NCBI RefSeq assembly: GCF_018350175.1
Contig: NC_058373.1
Span: 114,082,001-114,146,000, forward strand
Source of the DNA: Felis catus
Lineage: Eukaryota
Length of the DNA: 64,000 bases
Reading direction: 5' to 3'
Below the pieces are notes generated by a model. It saw only the letters and a program-made list of their open reading frames with translations, was not told the DNA's origin and did no database searches. Positions 1-12,179 of the stretch are shown here, one piece after another. Positions within the stretch are counted from its first letter, which is position 1. Each line of letters starts with the position of its first letter. The translations under genes were made by a program, and so were the position numbers.

Positions 1-1267
1 AGGTCTCCTGGCTCTTGTGTTGCTGAACCTGGCTTTTGTTTCCGTTTTTTTGCTTTCATTCTCTTTTGCCACCTTTCTTCCAGTTTTTGTAGAGTCTTGG
101 CTGGCTTTCTCCTAAGGATGGATCTGCCTGCCAGTGTGTTCAGGAATCTGCAGTGTCATTAGAGTGGTTACCTCTAATTGGTTCTTCTTTGCTGTGTTAG
201 AACTCTGCCCTGAGCGCTAAGAAAACTCTTCAGTGTGTGGGCTCTTGTCTCTGTGAAAAAAGCTTTTGTCCTGTAATCATTAGGCAGAGCTCTAGTTTAC
301 TTCTAAAACATGATTAAATCCTTGGGAAGGAGGGGGAAAAAATAGAGGGCTGTTATTTAAGATGGGTACCCTGAGGGAACAAAGGAGAGGCTTTTCACAT
401 TGTTGTGTCTCCTAATTGGGCCAAGCCAAGGTTGCTGTGTGTCATTCCAGAAAGCAGTTCCCTGCCTGGTGGGAGGACAGGAGCACAGGGGTGACAGATT
501 GAAGCTGACGTTGGAAGGCACGGGACCAGAATTCAGGACTTTTTAAGGCCAGATCTTCTGAACTTGCCTCCTGTCCCACCTCTGAAGGGCCCTGGAGGAG
601 AGAAGAGAGCTTAGACCCCCACACTCTGCTCTGTAGTTCCCGACATAAAGAGTTTCCCTCACCCAGAATTACTGGGAAGGGGCTGGTTTGCTTTATTCCA
701 CATAACTCTATATTGCTTGAATTATTTATAGGGAACATGTGTTATTTATATAATCGGAAAAAATAAAACTATATTCATAGTGTGGGCAGGGGTAAAGAAA
801 GAGAAAGTCAGTTGTTTAGTGGAACTGGCAAATGGTCCCATAGTGCAGTAAGGTCAACATTAAGAATAAAAAGCGCTAGTGGGATTATGATACTTTAAAA
901 GGCCCCTAAAAATTCTGAGTAGGACTAATCCTTTGTACGGTGACAAAAAAAGGGAAGACTTTAACAAGCCCCCCCACCTCCTTCCTTTGGGGGCTCAGTG
1001 TCAGACCATACTGGACCCTACAAAGGGCCTTGTCCAGACTTCCCACCCCAGTGAACATCTTATGTTGGACAGCTTTCTGACCTGTTTCATGGTAAATATT
1101 CTTCTGTATTCCCAGCTTCAAGGTCTGGCCTTTGCGGTAAGATTATCTTCTGACTCATTCTAGAGAATGTGGTCTGCCTGATAGTGCATTTGTGCATTAA
1201 CTGGGGAGGCTTTCCGGAGATACAATTTAGTCCAAGTATATGGTTCTATTAAGAATTTCAGACCTGA

Positions 1268-1464
1268 GGGGCACTTGGGTGGCTCATTCGGTTAAGCATC
1301 TAACTCTTGATTTTGGCTCAGGTCATGATCTCTCACTCTTCTGAGTTGGAGCCCCACATGGGCTCTGTGCTGACAGCGTGGAACCTGCTTGAGATTCTCC
1401 CTCTTTCTCTGTCCTTCCCCCACTTGCACTCTCTCTGGCTCTTTCAAAAGAAATAAAGGAACTT
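1268..1464 (+). mobile_element. Can-SINE (SINEC), first unit of a head-to-tail dimer
   Basis: Starts ggggcacttgggtggctca (A box), then caggtcatgatctc, gagcccc...ggctctgtgctgacag, a CT-rich segment and a short A-rich tail. Confidence 0.95.
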
Positions 1465-1589
1465 GGGGTGCCTGGGTGGCTCAGTTGATTAAGTGTCTGA
1501 CTCCTGGTTTCTGCTCAGGTCATGATCTCATGGTTTGTGAGTTTGAGCTCTGCATTGGGATCTGTGCTGACAGCATGGAGCCTGCTTGA

Positions 1590-1626
<37 letters not shown>

Positions 1627-1740
1627 CCTCCCCTGCTCACTTTCTCTGTCTCTCTCTCAAAAATAAATAAAGTTAAAAAAAAAACTAAAAGAAAGAAAGA
1701 AAGAAACAAACAAACAAATAAATAAACTAAGAAAAAAAAA
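1465..1740 (+). mobile_element. Can-SINE (SINEC), second unit of dimer, with (CT)n and long A-rich tail
   Basis: ggggtgcctgggtggctcag head, (CT)n at about 1593-1622, aataaa and A/GAAA/CAAA tail. aagaatttcaga flanks the whole dimer (1251-1262 and 1740-1751). Confidence 0.96.
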
Positions 1741-1914
1741 AGAATTTCAGATCCTAACAAGTCAATGAAGGGAGGAAGATTTTGACTAGGGACCTTCTGT
1801 CACCCTTTAATCAGGCCCCATATATGGCTGCCTGGTGGCTCCCTTGTTCTTGGGTTTCTATACATAAAAGTTCTAGATATGGGCAGCCAGACACTCCCCT
1901 ATATTAATCAAATT

Positions 1915-2060
1915 AATGCTTGACCTATACCTCAGTTTTCTCATTGGTTAAATGGGCATAATAGTAGTATTTACCTCATAAGGTTGGTGTGAGAATTGCA
2001 TGTCTTACAACAGTGCCCAGCACATATCAAGAGCTTAATTATTAATTGTTAGCTCTTATC
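1915..2060 (+). mobile_element. MIR SINE fragment
   Basis: Core cctcagttttctcattggttaaatgggcataatagtagtatttacctcataaggttggtgtgagaatt resembles the MIR core. Confidence 0.8.
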
Positions 2061-3265
2061 ACTGTTATAACTCCAAGCCCACCACGAGTTCTGATGTTTG
2101 AAGTAAGCCCCAAATGGAAACCTGGTGGGTTCCCAAAGAAATAGGGCAGTTTTTAAACTCTAACTTACAAACAATCTGGTTTCTATCAAGCCCTTCTTAC
2201 CAAGCTCTTTCTCAAGTTCTTCTCCTGCAAATCCCTATTTTTTGAATTATTTCAGTCTATGAGCCTATTTCTGTGAGCTAAAGATACCTTAATTCTTCAA
2301 CAATACTCAAAAACTGAGTCACTCTGTATTTATAGATAGTGTAAAATTTAGACACAGTCACAGTAAAAATAATGAACATGCAAAGACTAAACTGACTGGT
2401 CCCCAGTTATGCCCTGACAACACCAAAGAGAGTTAGTGAATAAAGTTCCAGCTCTCTTCCATCTTAATGAGCTCGTTGCAAGAACCAGTTCAAACTAGAT
2501 TTAGTCGAAGCCCTAAAGGAAAGGATGGGAATGATATTCCACTGTCTCTCTGTTACACTCTTAAACTCATTGTCAATCCTGTCTCGTGTTTCCTCCTTGT
2601 CCTCTGCCCTTTTTTTCACTGGAGGAGGGCTTTAGGGAAATAGTAAGAATGCTGCAGTAACAGAGGGAATTAATTTGACCGTGTTCTGAAGAAAGAGTGT
2701 GTTGATTTCCCACTAGCAATAGTCTCTCCACCCATCAGAGCAGAGCCAGGGATGTGGTACATTACACAAACCAGTCCCACTTGACCAGCTGTTTTTGGAT
2801 ATGTCAAGCCCAGAGTTCGGCCTCTTTACATAGAAACATGTTGCCTTCCTCGAATCAATTCCTGTGAGACGAGAGAAAATCCCGTGTGGCCCAAGCATGA
2901 TGTAACAGGGATGTGTGCTTCAGAATTCGACACACCCTCGCAGTTCCTGGCATCTTTTTACCATAATAATCACACAGCCACAGTCTTGCTTCTGTGACCT
3001 TTGCAGGCCAGAGCTGCCTTACCTTGGCTGTATTTCTGAGCGGGCCTGGACAGGAAGATCCAGCTCTGCTTCCTACGGTCCTGTGGACGGCGCTGGGAAG
3101 TCAGGCCTGCCTTGCTGCATGTTCAGAGAGCTTAGCATTTAGATCAGGGCAGACTTCTTGTGCATCTTTTTTTTTTTTTCCTGGTCATTTTTATACTTCT
3201 GATTTAGTGTACAGAAAGGCAACAGGTCTTTGTCACTTGAAATTGCCTATAAGACTATTTGGTTG

Positions 3266-3483
3266 GGGGCACAGGGTGAGTGGCTCAGGCAGTTAAGTGT
3301 CCGACTTTGGCCTAGGTCATGATCTCACGGTTATGAGTTCAAGCTCTGCATCGGGCTCTGTGCTGACAGCTCAGAGCTTGGAGCCTGCTTCAGATTCTGT
3401 GTCTCCCTCTCTCTCACTGTCCTCCCCCACTCGCACTCTGTCTCTCTCTTTCTCAAAATTTAAACATTAAAAAAAAAATTTTT
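3266..3483 (+). mobile_element. Can-SINE (SINEC)
   Basis: Typical head, body and tail. Degenerate TSD taagactatttggttg (3250-3265) / taagagtatttagttg (3484-3499). Confidence 0.95.
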
Positions 3484-3600
3484 TAAGAGTATTTAGTTGC
3501 TTCAGTAGGAGCTAGATTGAAACGTCCGAATCCAGATAACAATGAAACCAGCTCATTGCTACCTAAGTATGAGTGACATGACACTTTCATTAACTTTTGA

Positions 3601-3782
3601 TTTTTTTTAATGTTTATTTACTCTTGAGAGAGTGAGGCAGAGAGAGAGGGGGAGGCACAGAATCTGAAGCAGGCTCCAGGCTCTGTCTGAGCTGTCAGCC
3701 GGGACTCAGGAACTCACAAACTGGGATATCACGACCTGAGCCGAAGTCCAATGCTTAACTGACTGACCCACCCAGACTCTCC
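3601..3782 (-). mobile_element. Can-SINE (SINEC), internally shortened
   Basis: ttttttttaatgtttattt...gagagag...cacagaatctgaagcaggctccaggctc...cttaactgactgacccacccag, flanked by taactttt repeats. Confidence 0.93.
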
Positions 3783-4129
3783 TAACTTTTCATTTTTTTT
3801 AAGTTAAAAATAAAGTTTAAATATGGTATTTGATGGCCGTGAACTTGCTAGTGATACAAACAGTTCTTACTTCTTCCTTTAGCAAAACCCAATGGTAATA
3901 CTAATGGTAACATTAACAGTTTCAGTAATGGTAAGAAATCTCATTTGAAGCCTTAATGAGCAGGGCTACAGCCTGTATGTGAAATTTTACATTAGCCTTA
4001 CACACAGAGACATTCTCACATGAGCGGCAAAGGCAAATAGATCACTGAACTGACTATCGTTCAGAACAGGGGAAGTCACTGACTTTCCTGCATATTTTTC
4101 ACCCCCTCCTCCACCATACTGGAAAAAAG

Positions 4130-4300
4130 CTAACATTTCTTAGGTACCTATGAAGTACCACATTTTTCATTAATTTCCTTCATCTCATTAATCTCTGCAA
4201 TAAACCCATGAGGGTGGTATTATTGTGCTTCTTTAGAGATGCGGAAAGTGAGGCTTGGAGAAGTTGGGGTGCCCAAAATCATACAGCCACGATGTGAAGC
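4130..4300 (-). mobile_element. MIR SINE
   Basis: taacatttc...aataaacccatgagggtggtattatt...tttagagatgcggaaagtgaggcttggagaagtt...gcccaaaatcatacagc matches the reverse MIR core. Confidence 0.8.
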
Positions 4301-4699
4301 CATGATTGACTAAATTGAAAGCATTTTACATTTTGCAATGATGATCATACTTGGCCATATTTTTTTAGCCCCCTAGAAGAATGATTTGAGGATAGTCACA
4401 AATTATATTAAGCACCCTTGAAAGGAGCTTTTTGGTTTATATAATACTTATGTGTATGGTGTGTGTGTGTGTGTAGCTGACCCTCAAAGCTATTGTTATG
4501 ATAATGACACCAAATCACTACCTGATTGGAGATAGAACTAAAGCTCGAAAAGATGCCTCCTCTTTAATGTGGAGGTTCAATCGCTTATGTTTATCTCCAC
4601 TCTTTCTCATGACCCATCTGAAATGGTTTCAGTTTAATAATAATAATAAAATATTAATCCAAAAGGGCTAAGACATTGAGAATCACTTTGAGACATCGG

Positions 4700-5133
4700 C
4701 AGATTTCAACCAAGTATTAGAAGACAGGAAGTGATAGAAGATTGACAGGGCATGACAGAGGAAACTGCAAATCAAAGTGCCTTCAATGTAGTGTAACAGT
4801 AGAACACAGGTTTTCTCAGGACTCAGAAGCACCAGATATCACAGAGGGTAGAGGAGATGACAACAGATTTGTTGAAAATTGTATATGAAACATTTGGACC
4901 CCCTTTGTCACGCTGGACAGCCAGCTGATAAATCTACAGCCCAGACTGAAGGCAAAAATTAGCTTTGGAGGGGCACCTGGGTGGCTCAGTCCGTTAGGTG
5001 ACTGACTTCAGCTCAGGTCATGGTCTCACGGTTTGTGAGTTCGAGCCCTGCGTTGGGCTCTGTGTTGACAGCTCAGAGCCTGGAGCCTGTTTCAGATTCT
5101 GTGTCTCCCTCTCTCTCTGCCCCTCCCCTGCTA

Positions 5134-5171
<38 letters not shown>

Positions 5172-5950
5172 TCTCTCAAAAATAAACATTAAAAAAAATT
5201 TTTTTAATTAGCTTTGGAGAAAATGAATTAGAAAAATTTTAGGCTTAGGACTCCAAACAAAGCAGAAGATATGGGGAATCCTGTGGCTAAAACAAGGGAT
5301 TACACCTGCCAAATGGTGATCTTTCTCTGCCCTGCTCTTAGAATGTGGAAACTAGACAAGAGATTGGAGAACTCATTTCTGTAAATACCAATCCACCTCT
5401 AAGAAGTTATCTCTGTGTTTTGACATTGGTCACTTTCCAGTGAACCCCACCAGTTTACAAATGTTGTCCATATACATAGTATTTCTAATTTTATTTTTAG
5501 AATAAAATATATTTTGTGTTATATAATTTAAATATGACTGAACAGACAAGGATCACCAGACTTTGGAAGATGCCTCCCACATCAAAGAGGAAATAAAACA
5601 AACAGAAAAAAAGAGCCATGAGGAGTTAGAGCTAATGCAAAATTTAGAAAAAAGAATAATCTCAGAGAATTAAAGATGATATAAGGACAAGAATAGGATG
5701 TGCTGAATTAGAAATAGAAGACAAGAAAGAGATCCTGGAAATTCAAAACTTTATGCTAGTCAACATACCTTCAGTTAAAAGGATGGGAGATAATACCAAG
5801 TGATATTATTTGCTATTTCAAATTATGTGTAAGCATTAAGTTCATTAAAAACAAAATAAGAACAATCATCTAAAACCACAAACAGATTTAAAACAGAAAA
5901 AGAAGGTGGCAGGGTTGAATGGGGGAGATAATAAAGATGTGTATTGAATC
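4700..5950 (+). mobile_element. Old L1 (L1M/L1ME-like) 5'/ORF1-region fragment
   Basis: A-rich plus strand with ORF1-like pieces (caaggatcaccagactttggaag; gagatcctggaaattcaaaac). Heavily decayed. Confidence 0.5.
4970..5205 (+). mobile_element. Can-SINE (SINEC) inserted in old L1
   Basis: ggggcacctgggtggctcag head, (CT)n, aataaacattaaaa tail. TSD aattagctttggag on both sides. Confidence 0.97.
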
Positions 5951-5974
5951 AGAATTTGGCTTGGGAGACTCGAT

Positions 5975-7830
5975 GTAGAGAATGGTAGAGTATGGCCCTC
6001 AGAAAGTCAGTACTTCCACAAAGCAAGAGGAACATTGACAAAAACTGCCAAAAAATCAACCTTTCAGAACTCTGGAAATTAACGACAGGCTTGCAACAAT
6101 TTGAAGAGTGTTTACTCAATAAAAGCAGAAGAATCTTGGTAAGAACAGCAACATTTGTGGCATTTTAACTTTCCCTAATCCTATCCTCCTCCTCCCCAGC
6201 TCTGCAGTAATCTTGAAAGCCAACCATCTTTCAATTACAGTAACATTGTAAACCAGCAGCCTAGCAGCCACTGGAGGAAGCAGAACAGGTTTTGAGCTCC
6301 CCAAAAGCCCGATCCAAGAGAATTGTCAACATGTGACCTGTTTGGCAGCTCACTGAAAACTCTATTCTCAGGGCTTGTCTCTTTTGCCCTGCCTCAGAGC
6401 TTGGTCTATGTGAACAGCCCTACTCAACAGGGAATTTGTTGAAAACAGTCAGTGGCAATTACTTACCATTATGACTGCCTAAGGCCCCATTACCAAGTAG
6501 GGATAACAAGAGGCTGACCCCCTCCAAAAAAAAAAATTGTAAAGAAAATAAATGGGGGATGAGATGTCCTCAGGGACCTTTGTAAATGTCCCATGTATAC
6601 CAGGGAACCTAGAAGTCTATACACATGCACAGGGCTTTGCTCATGCCCAGGAAGGACCTAAGAAGACCCTAAGCTCTCACTTCTGGCTGACCTTAAGGCT
6701 CTGTGTAAGTAGGAAATAAAGGTTAAGACAGAGTTTTAAACTACTTGCTGGAGTGCTGAAGGCATGCCCCAACACACACAGAGACCCTTGGCAAAGGTAG
6801 GGAGACTTACTGGCTCAAGACATTTAGGGAATATTTTCAATCATTAGCTATTTAGTTATTAGTCACTAGGTGATTTCATGTACAAAGGATCCTCAATAAA
6901 AATAGTTGGCTGACTTCTCATCAGAAACCATAGAGGCCAGAAGACAGTGGAATGACATATTCAAATTGCTGAAACAAAGACTGTCAACCAAGGATTGTAT
7001 ATATAGCAAAACTATCTTTCAAGAATGAAGGATAAATTAAGACATTCTGAGAAATAGAAAATCTGAGATTTTGTCACTAATATACCTGACCTATAAGAAA
7101 TACTAAAAGGAGTTCTTCAGGCTAAAGTGAAAAGACACTAGAGGGTAAGTCAAATCCACATGTGAAAACAAAGAGCATTGGTAAAGATAAATACCTAGGT
7201 AAATACAAAAGACAGGATGAATGTATTTTTTGATAATTTTTTCTTCCCCTATCTGATTTAAAAAACAACTGCATAAAGCAATAAATATAAAACTGTTGAT
7301 GGACCTGAAATGTATAAAGATATAATTTATTTAACAGTAGTACAAAGGAAAATAGGATAATGGAGCCATATTGGAGCAAAATTTTTATAATTAATGGAAA
7401 TTAAAGTGTTGATCTGAAATAATTTTTTTTAATTTAAAATTTTAATAACAATTCCCAGGGAAACCTATAAGAAAATAGCTGAAAAATATGTAGTAAGAGA
7501 AATAAGAGAATTAAAATGGTATTCTAGAAAAATATCTAACATAAAGAAGTCAGTAATGGAAAAATATAGGAACAAAAAACTGTAAGATACACAGAAAAAC
7601 AAATAGCAAAATGGCAGACATATCCTACCTAGTCAATAATTATATTAAAAGTAAATGAACTAAATACTCCAATCAAAAGCAGAGATTGGCAGAATAGGTA
7701 AAACAAACAAACAAACAAAAACATAATATGATCCAACCAAATCCTGTCTACAAGAGATACACTTTAGAGTCAAAGACACAATTGGTTGAAAGTAAAAGAA
7801 TGGACAAATACATACCATGCAAATAGCAAT
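5975..7830 (+). mobile_element. L1M (L1MC/L1MD-like) LINE: 5' region, ORF1 C-terminus, inter-ORF region and start of ORF2 endonuclease
   Basis: 6908-7050 translates close to the L1 ORF1 C-terminus (ADFSSETIEARRQWNDIFKLLK...CQPRIVYIAKLSFKNEG). About 7630-7830 matches the ORF2 EN N-terminus (SIIILKVNELNTPIK...CLQEIHFRVKDTIG*K..EWTNTYHAN), with stops and frameshifts. Confidence 0.9.
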
Positions 7831-8788
7831 ATTGTGATTTAGATGACCCAAACATATTTTCTACAGTTCCTAGCTCACAGATTCCAAAACTTTTAGATTT
7901 CGGAGCAATAAGAGCAACAGAGCATCTTTTGTTATAATATTTAGTCTTTTGTTTTCAGTTCCTGAAAATGCTTCAGAGCATTGTGAAATGGTTGTTTTAT
8001 TATTCATGACAAGCCCTTTCCACCACAAATGAATGGATTTATGGCTATGAAGGTGATTTTTGCAAAGCATCTAAGGATGTGATCTGGTTACCAGGAAAAC
8101 CAACCATAAATAAGGGGGTTTGAACTTTTAATTTCACACCCTGATTTCCAGGGAAGGGAAAGGGACTAAAGTTTAAATGGATCATTAATGGGTAATGAGT
8201 TAATGAAGCCTCCACAAAATCCAAAAGGAGGCGGTTTGGATAGGCCCACGTTGGGGATCCTGAATGCTTCCACATGCCACCATCCTGAGCCCCAAGCTCC
8301 ATAAGGACAGAAGCTCCATTGTTCAGGAACTTACCCTATACATCTCTTCATTTGGATGTTGATTACTATTCTTTAATATACTTTGTAATAAGTAAGTGGG
8401 TTTTTCTGCGAGCCTTCCTAGCAAATTAATGGAACCCAAGGAGGGGGCATGGGAACCTCTGACTTATAGCCAGTCAGTCAGAAGTACAGGTAGCAACCTG
8501 GTCTTGTGATTGGCATCCTGAGGTGGAGGGGGCCATTGGAACCTCCAAAATGTGGCCAGTTTGTCAGAAGCACAGGTAACAACATGAGCTTGTTACTGGC
8601 ATCTGAAGTGGAGGCAGTGTTGTGGGACTAAGCACTTTGCCTATAGAATCTGATTCTAGCTCCAAGTAGATAGTGTCAGAGTTAAGTTGAATTCTTGGAT
8701 GCCCTGTTGGTATCCAAGAATAACATCGTGGTGTGGGAAAGCCTCCACATACACACACACTGCAATTGGGTTCAGTAACCCCTTTACA
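7831..8788 (+). mobile_element. MER21-family solo LTR inserted into L1 ORF2
   Basis: tgtga...ttaca termini and MER21-like blocks (ggttaccaggaaaaccaaccat; gaacccaaggagggggcatgggaacc; internal tandem gtcagaagYacaggtaRcaac; gtagatagtgtcagagttaagttgaatt). L1 ORF2 resumes immediately after it. Confidence 0.85.
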
Positions 8789-9520
8789 GTGACCAAATGA
8801 GAGCTGGTTACTAATATCAGGCAAAATAGACTTTAAGACAAAAATTATTACTAGAAACAAAAAAGATTAAAAGAATAAAAAGGTGAGTCCATCAGGAAGA
8901 CATAAGAAGAATAAACTTATATGCACCAACAAATGAACCCCAAAATACATGAAGCAAAAGCTGAAAATTGAAGGGGAGTAATAGACAAATCAATAATAAT
9001 ACTTGAAGATTTAATACCCACTTTCAATAACAGAGCAACTAGGCAGAAGGTCAGCAAGGAAATAGAAGACCTGAGCAACACTATAAACCAATCTGATAAG
9101 CATTTGTAGCACATTCCACTTGACAATAGCAGATACACATTTTTCTCAAGTGTACATGGAACATTCTCCTACACAGACCATATGTTAAACCACAAAATGA
9201 GTCTCAATAAATGAAGAAGGAAATCATGTAAACATCTCTAGTCACATAGAATAAAATTAGTAGTCAATAATAGAAGAAAATTTGGGAAATTCTCAAATGT
9301 GTGCAAGTTGAACACACACTCACTCCTAAATAAGCAATAAATCAAAGAAAAGATAACAAGGAAAATTAGAAAATACTTTGAGAAAGCAGAAACAAAACTA
9401 CAACACGCCAAAACTTATATGATGCAGCTAAATCAGTGCTTAAAGGGAAATTTATAGCTTAACTGCCTATATTAAAAAAAGAATTTTATTGCATAGAAGT
9501 AATACTTCAGTAAAATTGAC
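8789..9520 (+). mobile_element. L1M ORF2 (endonuclease and following region) continuation, joined to an L1 3'-terminal-like segment
   Basis: ctaatatcaggcaaaatagactttaagacaaaa (ILISDKIDFKT-like), tatgcaccaaca (YAP), tacacatttttctcaagtgtacatggaacattctcc..acagaccatatgtta (YTFFSSVHGTFS..DHML), aaaacttatatgatgcagctaaatcagtgcttaaagggaaatttatagc. Confidence 0.9.
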
Positions 9521-9699
9521 ATTTAATATAGAAAGAATGACCCATATTCTTTGAATATATACATTTATATGCTATCTATATATGTGTAGTCACTAAATTC
9601 TCTCTGATGTTAGTATAATTTGGGGAAAATCACTAACCCTTTCAAACTTCATGTAAAATTCACTGAAAAAAACCCGAACATGGTTTTAAAAATATATGG

Positions 9700-9960
9700 A
9701 CAAATACTAAGCTTATAGATAACTATAAGCATGCTAAAGTATTTAGGGGAAAGTGCACTGATGTTTGCAATTGACTTTGAAATGCAACGACAACAAAATA
9801 TAACATGGGTTGATGGATGGGTAGATATATGCTAAAAACAAGTATAATAAAATGCTAAGGTATAATCTACTTGATAAGTTTATGGGTACCCACTAAAAAA
9901 TTCTTTCAACTTTGCTGTATGTTTGAGAATTTTCATAATAAAATGTTGGGGAAAAAATAA
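9700..9960 (+). mobile_element. L1ME-type 3' end
   Basis: aaagtatttaggggaaagtgcactgatgtttgcaattgactttgaaatgc ... attctttcaactttgctgtatgtttgagaattttcataataaaatgtt. Confidence 0.8.
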
Positions 9961-12179
9961 ACTCAAAATGCCACTCTGACCCTGAACTATTACTATCATA
10001 ATTTACAAAGTTAATATCTTATTGGTCTGAGGAACTTAACGTTTTCTTTAGGGAGCTAGCTCTTTTAGTTTATATGCTTTGGGAACCCGGTATATTATAG
10101 ATAAACATTTTAAAATAATCACCAGAGAGATGTTATAAAAGAGTATAGTGATACTCTATGGGGGAATAAGGTCTTGTAACCTCAGGACCAAACTTTGTAA
10201 AAGAATCTTCTGAGTCTAGAATTATATTTCATTCGGAATTCAAATCAACTTAATTTCTGCCCCTAATTTCTGTAGGGAAAGTTGTAAAGTAGACCACATG
10301 TAGATAAATTAATAAGTTCATGCCTGCTCAAATATGGTTCATTTTTCCACCCTGTCATTTTCCAGTACTTTATGACTTCTGCAGATCTTACTCCCCTATT
10401 TGGAGAAGGCAGTTTAGATGCCATTAAATTCATTCTCCACTCTCCTCTCATAATCTTGCAAAGCTGTCGGTACTGACACTTCAGTGTTCCACAGAGAGTG
10501 ATTTTCCAAGTGATGAAGCAGATTCCAATCAGTATACGATCCAGATAAGGACTGGGAGCTGGACCTCTGCCACCTTTCCCTCCAGCTCTCTTAACACAAT
10601 GACTAGGGAATTCCTTTGAGGATCACTGGGTACACTTCAAGCCCCCCTGCCCACCCCCCCAGGTCCTGTGGCCTCTTTCCAGCTACAGAGATCTTCCTGT
10701 CTGGAGCGTTTCCGGCTTTCTGTCCCTAGGCTTGGAGAATTCAGCTCAACCTGGGGAAGAGACAGAAGACTTGAGGTTATCAAAAGCCTGTTGAATTATC
10801 TGATGCAAGACTGACTGCCTTGTTTGCCTCCCTGGCTGTCTTCCTGGGCTTCAAAGCAGCTGAGAAAACAACCTTTTTCTAAGTCTTGGACAAGGAGGAA
10901 AATCCCTGGCATGAAGAATTTCTGTCACAGACACTTGGTACAGCTAGAGGAAAGGTTTGTTTAGCTTAGCAATGGGTTTTATTAGCCTAGACATCCAGTT
11001 GAAGTGAGAAAATAGGGTCCCTGTTGAAGGACATTTCAGAGTCAGTAGGTTTCCTCCCTGGCTTCTCAGAAGGACCTCTGCATGCAGATGAAAGTATTAG
11101 ATGTATTCAACAAGGACATCACTGCCGAATTCATCAACCACCACATAATTTGTCGATCACAGAGGAGGCTGAAGCAGGGTTAATTAAATAATTGTGGATG
11201 GATATGAAGTCACATTTCTCAGCTGTCTCAATTGCTTCCCACCCCAGTTTTCTTGGCTGAACATGTTACATTGTCTTTGGACTCTAAATTTTGTAGCAGA
11301 GAGCAGAGATAGAAAGAAAGCCAGGTTTACCACCTGCCCCTTACAAAAAGAAATTCTTCTGCTTATTCTTTTCCTCTGCCAGCTGGTTTTACTCTGCCTT
11401 TCGCCCCCAACCGATGTGAGATTTGGGGTAGTGGTTGCGAAGGAGAAGGAAATAGAAGAGAGGAAGGATTCATTAGCAGTGTTAAGGGAAGCCTTCCTGG
11501 CACAAGAATTAGAGAAGAGAAAGTGGAAGAATTGGTGCCAGATTACCCTCACCACATGGCTGCTTATTCATGTCTCCTTTCCTGGGCCATAAAGGCAAAA
11601 CTCACTTTTTCCTAAATTTGAGGCTGTATTGCAGAAACTCAGGTAAACTGCCAGGACCAGAACTCTATAAAAGCAGCCTCCAGGAAGGCCTGTACCCAAG
11701 GTTCCTGACATCTTTGTGTGTCTGCTCCACACTGGCTTTTCTGACCACCCATGGAGGAGAAGGCCTGGTCTGGGTTGCTCCACATGAGGGTCACACCTGC
11801 ACTTTAGAATGACACAGGCACTATCCCTAGAAGGTGTCACCATACTGGAGAAGGCCTGAGGTTCCTATGGCCAGCACTTTCTGTTCTATGGCTCCTTTTC
11901 CACTTTCTGAGCCTCTTAGAAGTGGGATCAGGCCAGGAAAAACATGTGATGCTATAGCAAGCTGAAACCAAAGACTTGACTTTGGACCTGCCCAAGCTGA
12001 GAATCTTGGCAGTGATTGACTGGGCAAGCTGCTCTTTTCTATGGCATCTTCTAAGTCTCCCAACTTTGGGGAGGGGTGCCAGCTAAGTCTTCAAAGTGGG
12101 TATGAGTCAGGGCTTCTGATGGTCAACAATTTGTGCATTTATTCACTGCTTCATTTTTTTGGTTTTATAATTCACCGTC

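Noticed and set aside
1389..1760. ORFs overlapping Can-SINEs (also at 4998, 16894, 18123, 27453, 38320, 44839, 46308, 62647)
   Set aside because: They are translations of SINE bodies and (CT)n/(GA)n runs (LSLSLS, ERERER).
3073..3095. REST/RE1-like site (ggacggcgct)
   Set aside because: Only the right half-site resembles the consensus, and the left half is absent.
8445..8615. Two approximately 85-bp imperfect direct repeats
   Set aside because: Internal tandem structure of the MER21 LTR, not an independent array, and not CRISPR-like.
10385..10560. Protein-looking minus-strand reading (SYTDWNLLHHLENHSLWNTEV...) with a nearby gtaag
   Set aside because: Short, ends in a stop before the donor in that frame, has a poor acceptor context, and I recognise no family.
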